12,462 nucleotides of DNA from Octopus sinensis (GCF_006345805.1 NW_021826580.1:1-12462); one strand, 5' to 3'; positions 1-8,610 are shown, numbered from the stretch's first letter. Made by a program: numbers and translations. Notes: generated by a model not told the origin, from the letters alone.

Positions 1-140
1 TTACGGAAATTAACAGAAAATTCATAATTAATCAATTAGGGTGGCAAAAAATTTTGTAGAATTTTTTTTGCCACCCACGGCCTAGTGGGAAAAATAGTCA
101 TAGACCATTTTTAAGTTCAACATCACAATCAGGAACGGCC

Positions 141-165
141 ATATATATATATATATATATATATA
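141..165. repeat. (TA)n microsatellite
   Basis: Uninterrupted AT dinucleotide run. Confidence 0.95.
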
Positions 166-389
166 AATTCATATGAATGTACGTATGTATCGACAAGTGT
201 TTTTACACAAATGAATGTATAGATATGCTAGACTCAATGTTTATAACCAATGTTACATACATATTTATGGAGCCGTGTGAGTGTGTATGTTTACATTCAG
301 AGAAAGAGACAGAAATATAGATGTAGAGATATACATATATTCATACACATATATATACGCATATTATTTGTGCATGTAGTCATATGGTT

Positions 390-545
390 GTATGTATGTA
401 TGTATGTATGTATGTATGTATGTATGTATGAATGTATGTATGTATGTATGTATGTATGTATGTATGTATGTATGTACGTACGTATGTATGTATGTATGTA
501 TGTATGTATGTATGTATTATGTATGTATGTATGTATGTATGTATG
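390..545. repeat. (TATG)n tetranucleotide microsatellite
   Basis: About 38 TATG units with few interruptions; source of the MYVC/HTYI pseudo-ORFs. Confidence 0.97.
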
Positions 546-691
546 TTTGAATGTAACAGACATGCATGTTTGCGTGAATGTAATTTCCCTGACAATTTAT
601 GTTGGTACATATATATGTATTAAATATATATTTGTTATATATTTTTTCATTCCATAATGCGGTGATGAGTACTCATTTCTCACTGTACTGT

Positions 692-792
692 GTATATATA
701 TATTTATATATATATATATATATATATATTAGAGAGAGAGAGAGAGAGAGAGATGTTTGATGTATGTATGTTATATATATACTATATATATA

Positions 793-831
<39 letters not shown>

Positions 832-869
832 CAATATATATATACATACATACATACATACTACATACA

Positions 870-900
<31 letters not shown>

Positions 901-909
901 CATCATCAT
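692..909. repeat. Compound microsatellite (TA)n-(AG)n-(TA)n-(CATA)n-(CAT)3
   Basis: Adjacent simple-repeat tracts read directly from the sequence. Confidence 0.93.
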
Positions 910-953
910 TTAACGTCCATGGGCTTTTTAATTTTTCAGGCCATACTGTTGTA

Positions 954-1120
954 GGTGTAGTTTGGCGTTATAGTTAAAAAGTGCGCTTTGCAGCCATAAG
1001 GTCTCGGGTTCGACTCCACTGTGGGGAATTTTTAGCAAGTGGTCGTTTTTTTCTCGTCTAAGCTGGATTCGTACTATGTGAGTGAAAATGAGTAGGTGGA
1101 GACTGTAGAGAAGTCCATCA
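954..1120 (+). mobile_element. Degenerate tRNA-derived SINE (old relative of family A)
   Basis: A-box-like TGGCGTTATAGTT (~963) and B-box GGTTCGACTCC (~1007). Downstream GCAAGTG...TGTGAGTGAA...GTAG..GGAGACTG..AGAAGTCC aligns loosely with the family A body GCAAGTG...TGTGAGTGGA...GTAGACGGAAACTGAAAGAAGCCC. Confidence 0.6.
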
Positions 1121-1265
1121 GGACGATTCGTACCTGTTGTTCAAAAGATACAACCTTAATACAATGTGTTACTCTAATTCCTGTTGGTAAACGTGTCTTC
1201 GGAACATTCAGCCACATACATCTTAATTCAGGAAACAGGTAGTTTCGTTTATCGAACAGGTGAAT

Positions 1266-1548
1266 ACTTATTCTTTGTAAGCCTAGTACTTATTCTATCG
1301 GTGTATTTTGCTGAACCGCTAAGTTACAGAGACGTAAACCAGCATCGGTTGTCAAGCGATGTTGGGGGACACACACAAACATTACGACAGGCTTCTTTCC
1401 AGTTTCCGTCTACCTAATCCAGTCACAAGGTTTTGGTCGGCCCGAGGCTATAGTAGAAGACACTTGCCCAAAGTGCCACGCAGTGGTACTGAACCCGGGA
1501 CCATGTAGTTGGTAAGCAAGCTACTTACCACACAGCCACTCCTGTGCC
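1266..1548 (-). mobile_element. tRNA-derived SINE family A, 3'-truncated copy
   Basis: Reverse complement aligns with the copies at 7281, 8920 and 10605 from the head GGC(A/G)CAGGAGTGGCTGTGTGGTAAG through GATAGAATAAGTACT.GGCTTACAAAGAATAAGT. It lacks the final ~70 bp and has a shortened internal microsatellite. Confidence 0.9.
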
Positions 1549-1699
1549 TAATATATATATATTATTATTTATAAAATACACACACACACACACACAGATA
1601 TATGTATAAGTGTTGTAGTAAAAATAATTCGTTCAAAAATAACGGTTGTAGAGGTATAAATAGCTATCGCAATGCACTCGAAATAATATTGTGTCTATT

Positions 1700-1800
1700 T
1701 ATTATTATTATTATTATTGTTATTATTAATTACTAATATTATTATTATTATCATCATTATCATCATTATCATCATTATCATTATTGTTATAATTTATTAT
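1700..1800. repeat. (TTA)n/(TCA)n trinucleotide microsatellite, imperfect
   Basis: TTATTATTA...TCATTATCAT tracts. Confidence 0.9.
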
Positions 1801-1987
1801 TAATATTTTTGATTTTTTATTCTTGGAGTGGAGCTTCCTCTATTAGAATTCTTCGTTGAAATGTTAAGTATATTAGCTGAACGCTACAGGTATCTTTAGA
1901 AATTGTGCTTCGTTGTAAAATGGCTTGATGTCCTATACTATCCTACAGAATTCTCATCGACCAAAGGCGACGTATTGATGGTGATAC

Positions 1988-2007
1988 TAATAATAATAAT
2001 AATAATG

Positions 2008-2056
<49 letters not shown>
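1988..2056. repeat. (TAA)n microsatellite
   Basis: About 23 TAA units with one TGA variant; its antisense gives the poly-Leu ORF 1943..2137. Confidence 0.97.
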
Positions 2057-2058
<2 letters not shown>

Positions 2059-2817
2059 GGACCAAAAAAGGGATAGAGAAGTTGAACAGGTTAACACGAA
2101 AAAATGTTTGGCAGTGGTGCATTGGACCCAAAGGCAAATATTATAGGGCTATATACGTGGAACGTGGAAGGACGATGACCAATAAGTGTGAAAGACTCGG
2201 TGGCTAGTGAATGCAAGCTCTTAAATGTGTATCACTTGGCTCGAGGCCACCTCCACTACTTCCCCAGTTGTAGAGAACTTTTGAGGTATGTTGCCGAAAG
2301 CGGTGGTTTACGCATTGCAACTAATGAAAGTAAGGAAAATTACAAACGTAGACTGCTAGCCGAGAAATTGAGCACGCGGATGGGTATGAAATTACGTGGT
2401 CAGTTCGATAGTGAAACGAAGGAAGTAACAGCAGATTCTTTGTGGAATTAATTGACCAACGGTGGTCTTAAGAGAGACATGGAAAGTTTGTTGGTAGCAG
2501 CTCAAGATCAAGCACTTATAAACTAACTCGATGAGGAAGTTGGATAACACTAATGAAACAAATAAGTGTAGATTATATGGGAAGAAGGTGGAAAGTGTGA
2601 CGCACATAGTGAGTGCCTGTGACAGGCTTGTGCTGAGAGAGTATAAAAAGCGTCACGATGAAGTGTGCTTACACCTTCACTGGTCTTTATATAAGAAATT
2701 TGGATTTCCAACCACTGAGAAATGGTATGAACACACAAAGCAGAGACGTTCTAGAAAATCAGACTGTGAAATTCTTGTGAGACTTTGTAAGCAAGACAGA
2801 TAGAGTTCTTGTAGATA
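2056..2817 (+). mobile_element. Decayed R4/Dong-type (RLE) non-LTR retrotransposon fragment, post-RT C-terminal region
   Basis: Manual translation across frameshifts and stops gives WTKKGIEKLNRLTRK / GALDPKANIIGLY..EGR*PISVKDSV / LRGQF / GLKRDMESLLVAAQDQAL / CRLYGKKVESVTHIVSAC (degenerate CCHC knuckle, 2567-2620) / YKKRHDEVCLHLHWSL / KWYEH / L*DF..TDRV. This matches the R4/Dong motif order (GALHPK, AAQDQAL, CRLC..HI.S.C, RH, WYEH, LWDF..TD). Family motifs are from established knowledge. Confidence 0.85.
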
Positions 2818-3722
2818 CAACGGTTCCGAAAGATGGTCATTTTGACAACTGAGCAAGTGTCGCTGTGGATTACATCAATCCAACTTCTGAAATGGGTCCG
2901 AAACCGGCCGCTTTAAGGACAGCTTCCAAGTAGCAATGGTCAACTCTATCGAAAGCTTTCGACTGATCTAAATTGATCAGGGCCCCACCGAAGCCAGCTT
3001 TAGTCCCAGCCTTCTCTACGATGTTTCGCATAAGGTGGAGATTGTCTTGGATAGACCTGCTCGGGATCGAGCACGTTTGTGCCTCCCCTACCAGACTACC
3101 AACGACAAGCGCCAACCCTTTCGCTAAAACCTAGACCAAAATCTTAAACTCGGTGTTTAGCAGAGTTGTGGACCGAAAATTCCCTAGCACATCCTCATTG
3201 TCTGCGTACTTTCTCAGCAGTGTTACTACATCCTGGCTAACAGCACTAGGAATTCTCCCGTTCTGCTGCCAATTACTGTAGACATCTGCCAAGAAGCTAC
3301 CAAACAAATCTGGCATGAAAACAGAATTCGTAGGGCAGACGATCCAAACCGGGCGATTTGTGAATTGTGCAATCGCTCATCGCCTCCCGTATTTCAGTGG
3401 CTGTAATCGGGTCTTCGCAGAATTTCGCATCCGTTACCAAGAGCCGTGATAGGCCGTCGTCGACCTATCACCCTCCCCAAACAGCCGCACAAAGTGCTGC
3501 TGGAAAGCTGTACACATCTGCTCAGAACCGTGTAGCACGGGTCCGTCCTGATCCGTCAAATTCTTGATTGTCGTTTATTTCCACGTCGTGTCTCTACCGT
3601 TCGAGCCCATCGGACGGCTTTCGTGTTTTAGCGCACGGGCCTTAGCTCAGACAAAGCACCCTTCGTGTTTTCATGTTTCGCCTCAAAGAAATGGTCAAGG
3701 GCTATTCTCGCCGCTAACACGT
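2818..3722 (-). mobile_element. Decayed L1/Tx1-type non-LTR retrotransposon ORF2 fragment (linker plus N-terminal half of RT)
   Basis: Minus-strand translation across frameshifts: TIKNLTDQDG..F.QHFVRLF / CEDPITATEIREAM..HKSPGLDRLPYEF / NFRSTTLLNTEFKIL / QTCSIPSRSIQDN / ALINLDQSKAFDRVDHCYL..GFGP / FRSWID..SVVKM..HLSEP. The LDQ.KAFDRV motif is typical of the Tx1/L1 group. Confidence 0.88.
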
Positions 3723-3911
3723 ATATGTATACGTATGTATGTGTATGCGTGTGTGTGTGTGAATGCATATATGTAGACATAACATCGTAGTGTGAATATA
3801 AAGACGTATATGATCACCTGTCTTAGCAACTGAGGTTGTATTTAATTAAGATGGTGTGCAGTGGGTTAATGAGATTTTGGGGGTGCGTTGTGGTCTTTAT
3901 CCAACTGACCC

Positions 3912-4226
3912 TGTGTGTCTGTATGTATGTGTATATGTGTGCGTATAAGTATTTTGCGTGTGTATTTGCAATTTTTTTCAGATGACTTGTGTGCCTGTGT
4001 GCAGGTGTGTTTCTTATGTGCGTGTATGAATGTTTTTGTGCTTATGTAGGCAGTTATTTGTGCGTGTGTGCACGTGCTTGTGTATGTATGTGTGTGCGTG
4101 TGCGTGTGTGTATGTCTGTGCGTGTGCGTGTGTCTGTGTGTGTGTGTGCGTGCGTGCGTGTGTGTGTGTGTGTGTGTGTGTGCTTGCGTGTGTGACCGTG
4201 AGCGTGCGAACGTATGTGTGTGTGTA
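3912..4226. repeat. Imperfect (TG)n/(TGCG)n low-complexity tract
   Basis: TG-rich repeat; source of the CVCV/THTH pseudo-ORFs. Confidence 0.92.
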
Positions 4227-4296
4227 AATGTGAGAAGCGTAGCAAAGTGTGGTGTGTTTATGTATTGGGTTAACGAAACCAGTATCGTGAGTAGTT

Positions 4297-4383
4297 GGAA
4301 GGAAGGAAGGAAGGAAGGAAGGAAGGAAGGAAGAAAGAAAGGAAGGAAGAAAGGAAGGAAGGAAGGAAGGAAAGAGGGAAGGA
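4297..4383. repeat. (GGAA)n polypurine microsatellite
   Basis: About 20 GGAA/AGAA units. Confidence 0.95.
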
Positions 4384-4470
4384 GTATTCAATTCTGGTAA
4401 TTTAGAAAGAAGACCTGTAGCACACCAACCTCTAAAGTCAGTAAAATCTGTAAAAAAAAAATTGTCGGTC

Positions 4471-4476
4471 AGAGAA

Positions 4477-4547
<71 letters not shown>

Positions 4548-4568
4548 AAGAGAAAGTGAGAGAGAGAA

Positions 4569-4621
<53 letters not shown>

Positions 4622-4630
4622 AAGAGAGAG
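4471..4630. repeat. (GA)n microsatellite with periodic AAA interruptions
   Basis: AAA at 4475, 4493, 4511, 4529 and 4547 (18-bp period). Confidence 0.95.
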
Positions 4631-4806
4631 TGAGAATGGGAGAAAGAGTGAGTGAGGTGGGGAAAGGGGTCTTAATTTTGTGTGTCTATTTGGATACCTT
4701 CTTCACACCTTCGCACCAAATAAACTGAGAACACATTTCGGGTTAAACATTGCATAAGACGTGAGGTCGTGATTTGAGAAGCAGATGGATGGGGGCGGGG
4801 AATAGT

Positions 4807-4813
4807 AGACAGG

Positions 4814-4865
<52 letters not shown>

Positions 4866-4880
4866 TAGATAGATAGATAG
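4807..4880. repeat. (CAGA)n-(TAGA)n compound microsatellite
   Basis: Read directly from the sequence. Confidence 0.93.
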
Positions 4881-5167
4881 GCTTGGTAAGGTATGCTAAA
4901 TACTGGCCGTTCTTTGAAGATTTGGTAAGAGGAGTTGGTGGGTTTCTGCTAATGAAATTGTGTGTTTGTGGGAGGGTGTGTACACTCACATATACGCACA
5001 TGCACACCCATACATGAGCACGCACCCCACACGCACTCAAAAGATGTTTTAAATACATAAGGCAACGAACGAACACTGGGCAAATAAAAGATTCCGTACA
5101 TTTGTATCATCTGATAATTTATTAAAGTTGTTGTCTGTAACTTCGAAGTTTCACCGGTGCTAGCTTA

Positions 5168-5628
5168 TCTGTTATATAAAATCCGTTCTGTCTGTCTGTC
5201 TGTGTGTGTGTCTTCTAGGATATCGGGCATCCACCATACGATTGCGTCCAAACTTGATATGTAGATACCGACGGTATCAGGGCATGTATAAGTCTTGAAA
5301 AAATTACAAAAATCGATTCCAGGTGAGAAAGCGACCGATAAAGCTGTGGGAATGTGCATTTGTACGCGCAAGTACATCAGCTGTTGCGATGTACTTACTG
5401 GTACTTTAAACTCTTCGGTTGCATATTTGTGTGAATAAAATCGTTTTTCTTTAGGATAGAAAAGTCTATCTTTATTTCTTCTTTTGCTGGTGACTCAAAT
5501 TTAGGTTAACTCAGTATTTCTCAAAAGGGAGGCCTATGGGACGGTTGGACAAGTTGTTTTGAGAAAATTTGGTTTAAATGTTTGACAACTCAGCACCGTC
5601 CATTGGACGGGGGGACACTTTTTGCTCG
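5168..5628 (+). mobile_element. Non-autonomous Helitron-like element (~461 bp)
   Basis: 5' A|TCTGTTATATAAAA followed by a (TCTG)n tract. 3' GC-rich hairpin CCGTCCA-T-TGGACGG (5596-5610), then 14 nt, then CTCG|T (one mismatch from CTAG/CTRR). Inserted between A and T with no TSD and no coding capacity. Confidence 0.65.
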
Positions 5629-5633
5629 TAGAC

Positions 5634-5820
5634 TATATATATATATATAATAAATAAAAATATATACATACATACAAACATATATGTACGTACCTACATC
5701 TACATGTATATATACATGCATATATAAATAATTATACGTGATATATATTAATAAATAAAACATATGCATATATATAAACATATATGTACGTACCTACCTC
5801 TACATGTACATATACAACGC
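5634..5820. repeat. TA/CATA-rich tract containing a ~100-bp-period duplication
   Basis: AAACATATATGTACGTACCTAC(A/C)TCTACATGTA occurs at ~5677 and ~5777. Confidence 0.85.
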
Positions 5821-5824
5821 ATAT

Positions 5825-6000
5825 TGAGTACAGACACCAAAAAGAACGTCGAACACAATGAGAAACGAAACATAGACACAAACCAAAAGGAACTGGACAT
5901 TTTTTAACAACAAAAAAATAGAGTACAGGACAATTAACACAAAGAAAAACCCCTTCTTCAGTCGCTATGGTTTCATCTACTCTACGTTTCGAAGGTGAAA
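5825..6000 (-). mobile_element. Possible Penelope-like terminal-repeat fragment
   Basis: Minus strand carries CGAAACGT and CTGAAGAAGG motifs followed by a T-rich tail, similar in layout to 11800-11970. No coding sequence, so support is weak. Confidence 0.3.
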
Positions 6001-6019
6001 GCGATATATATATATATAT

Positions 6020-6300
6020 ATATAATACGTGTGAGAGTTGACCTTTTTTGTCGAACGACCTGCACAAATGATTTGTTTATAGTGATGGAAATGCTCATGT
6101 CGCACATTAGTTCACTCTCTCCATTAAAATCGACGTTGTCAGAACAGGTGCGTGGTGTACCGCGCGTCAGGTGTGTCCATGTGAATCGCAGAGCAACATG
6201 AGATGAAGTGTCTTGCTCAAGAACACAACGCACCACCCGGTCTAGGAACTGAAACTACGATCTCGCGATCGTGAGTGCAACACCCTAACCACTAAGCCAT
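6020..6300 (-). mobile_element. tRNA-derived SINE family C (CORE-like central domain)
   Basis: Minus strand: A-box TGGCTTAGTGGTT and B-box-like GTTTCAGTTCC, then TGTGTTCTTGAGCAAGACACTT (CORE-like). The head is homologous to family B. The 3' boundary near 6020 is approximate. Confidence 0.78.
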
Positions 6301-6351
6301 ACATACACACACGCTCACACACACATATATATGTTCATAAATACATATATA

Positions 6352-6382
<31 letters not shown>

Positions 6383-6465
6383 GTCACACGCACATACATA
6401 TATACATCAATACCACCACACACACACACATAACATATATATATATGTATATTGTGATATGTGTG

Positions 6466-6501
<36 letters not shown>

Positions 6502-6525
6502 CTATATATATATATATATATATAT
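6301..6525. repeat. Compound (CA)n/(TA)n/(TG)n microsatellite
   Basis: Read directly from the sequence. Confidence 0.92.
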
Positions 6526-6528
6526 TTG

Positions 6529-6852
6529 GAGGCACAATTGCCCAGTGGTTAGGGGCAGCGGACTTGCGGTCATAGATCGCGGTTTTCGATTCCCAGACCG
6601 GCGTTGTGAGTGTTTATGAGCGAAACACCTAAAGCTTTCTCTCACTTTACTTTCCTGTTTCTGTTGTACCTGTATTTCAAAGGGCCGGCCTTGTCACTCT
6701 CTGTGTCACGCTGAATTATCCCCGAGAACTACTTTGTAAGGTACACGTGTCTGTGGAGTGCTCAGCACTTACACGTTAATTTCACGAGCAGGCTGTTCCG
6801 TTGATTCGATCAACCGGACCCTCGTCGTCGTAACCGACGGAGTGCTTCCATT

Positions 6853-6854
<2 letters not shown>
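6529..6854 (+). mobile_element. tRNA-derived SINE family B, copy 1 (57-bp internal deletion)
   Basis: Aligns to 8100-8491 and 9740-10125. A-box-like TTGCCCAGTGGTT, B-box TTCGATTCCC, tail GTGCTTCCATTCC. Confidence 0.92.
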
Positions 6855-6893
<39 letters not shown>

Positions 6894-7026
6894 TACCTTT
6901 GAAGGTTTAGGTTTTTATTCCCATGCTGGCAACAAGAGCCATATTTAAATTAACAATCTTATCCTTATTTATATCAATATATACATATATATATATATAT
7001 AATATAATATATATATATTATATAGA
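6855..7026. repeat. (TA)n tracts flanking a short unique spacer (unit 1; counterpart at 8492-8658)
   Basis: TA runs at 6855-6893 and ~6978-7026; the counterparts in unit 2 differ in length. Confidence 0.85.
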
Positions 7027-7280
7027 TAAGCAGAATAAGATGTAAACAGTTTTACAACAAACCTTAGATCATTCTCCCGGTAATGAATGATGTGAACAAA
7101 TGGATAAGATAATACTGCGCCTTCTAGTTAAATAGCTAAAGGTATTGCATAATTTAATTAAATGGTTATTGTCTGTTTTCTTAATTGCTTGAATTATAGA
7201 TCTCCATTCCTTGTCCCTTCTCTCTACTTATTTGATGATAAGAGGATATCGTTTTGATTTTGAATTTTTATCCATATATA

Positions 7281-7684
7281 GGCGCAGGAGTGGCTGTGTG
7301 GTAAGTAGCTTGCCTACCAACCACATGGTCCGGGTTCAGTCCAACTGCGTGGCATCTTGGGCAAGTGTCTTCTGCTATAGCCCCGGGCCGACCAATGCCT
7401 TGTGAGTGGATTTGGTAGACGGAAACTGAAGAAGCCGTCGTATATATGTATATATATATATGCGTGTGTGTGTTTGTGTGTCTGTGTTTGTTCCCCTAGC
7501 ATTGCTTGACAACCGATGCTGGTGTGTTTACGTCCCCGTCACTTAGCGGTTCGGCGAAAGAGACCGATAGAATAAGTACTGGGCTTACAAAGAATAAGTC
7601 CCGGGGTCGATTTGCTCGACTAAAGGCGGTGCTCCAGCATGGCCGCAGTCAAATGACTGAAACAAGTAAAAGAGTAAAAGAGTA
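7281..7684 (+). mobile_element. tRNA-derived SINE family A, full length
   Basis: A-box TGGCTGTGTGGT, B-box GGTTCAGTCC, CORE-like CTTGGGCAAGTG, internal (TA)n(TG)n tract, 3' tail (GTAAAAGA)2. Confidence 0.92.
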
Positions 7685-7748
7685 TATCCATTCCCTTATT
7701 TTCTTTTTATTCTTATTTTTGATTTTCTTCCTATTGTTTTGCTTTGGT

Positions 7749-8099
7749 TTTATCACCTCCGCCTTAGCGAGTAAATTACACAAGTGCTAAATGACGAAGA
7801 TAAAATCAAATACAAATAAAACAGAAGCACTCAGAGAGCGCCTTCGCTAAGGCGGAGCTATTGTTCTTTAGTCGTGTTTGTTTGCTTGTTTGTTCGTGGA
7901 CAAGATATCTCCAGAACCGCTGGATGGATTCGGATGAAACTTTCCGGAATGTTTGGCGTCGTGACTGGCACGAACTGGTTAGATTTTGGCATCGACCCGG
8001 TACCGGACAAGGATTCTGAATTATTTGTATATTTACTTACTTTACATGATTACGATCTTACGTTAACTTTCAAGTCTTTCTCGATTATCTTCCTTGAGA
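7749..8099 (+). mobile_element. Helentron/DINE-1-like element, 5' half only (duplicated portion)
   Basis: Near-identical to 9388-9739; ends at the SINE B insertion site TTCCTTGAGA (8090-8099). Confidence 0.7.
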
Positions 8100-8491
8100 G
8101 TGTGAGGCGCAATGGCCCAGTGGTTAGGGCAGTGGAATCGCGGTCATAGGATCGCGGTTTCGATTCCCAGACCGGGCGTTGTGAGTGTTTATTGAGCGAA
8201 AACACCTAAAGCTCCACGAGGCTCCGGCAGGGGATGGTGGTGATCCCTGCTGTACTCTTTCACCACAGCTTTCTCTCACTCTTACTTCCTGTTTCTGTTG
8301 TACCTGTATTTCAAAGGGCCGGCCTTGTCACTCTCTGTGTCACGCTGAATATATCCCCGAGAACTACGTTAAGGGTACACGTGTCTGTGGAGTGCTCAGC
8401 CACTTACACGTTAATTTCACGAGCAGGCTGTTCCGTTGATTCGGATCAACCGGAACCCTCGTCGTCGTAACCGACGGAGTGCTTCCATTCC
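8100..8491 (+). mobile_element. tRNA-derived SINE family B, copy 2 (chimeric: 5' part and flank of copy 3, 3' part and flank of copy 1)
   Basis: 5' flank TTCCTTGAGA matches copy 3; 3' flank (TA)nTTACCTTTGAAGG matches copy 1. A-box TGGCCCAGTGGTT, B-box TTCGATTCCC. Confidence 0.92.
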
Positions 8492-8610
8492 ATATATATA
8501 TATTATATATATATATATATATTACCTTTGAAGGTTTAGGTTTTTATTCCCATGCTGGCAACTTGACAAGAGCCATATTTAAATTAACAATCTTATCCTT
8601 ATTTATATCA

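Noticed and set aside
250-909. ORFs of 63-135 aa ([12 protein letters not shown] repeats)
   Set aside because: They are translations of (TATG)n/(TA)n microsatellites, which lack stop codons by composition.
901-923. CATCATCATTTAACGTCCATGGG, resembling the reversed tail of a retroposon
   Set aside because: Too short (23 nt) to assign without a search.
1812-1980. Possible 3' end of another Dong-like element on the minus strand (SANIL peptide, TAA-rich tail at 1700-1800)
   Set aside because: Only a 5-residue resemblance, not enough to support a call.
1943-2137. Poly-Leu ORF resembling a signal peptide or membrane protein
   Set aside because: It is the antisense reading of (TAA)n plus the start of the Dong-like fragment.
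3989-4728. Cys/Val, His/Thr, GRKE and ER-repeat ORFs
   Set aside because: They are simple-repeat translations.
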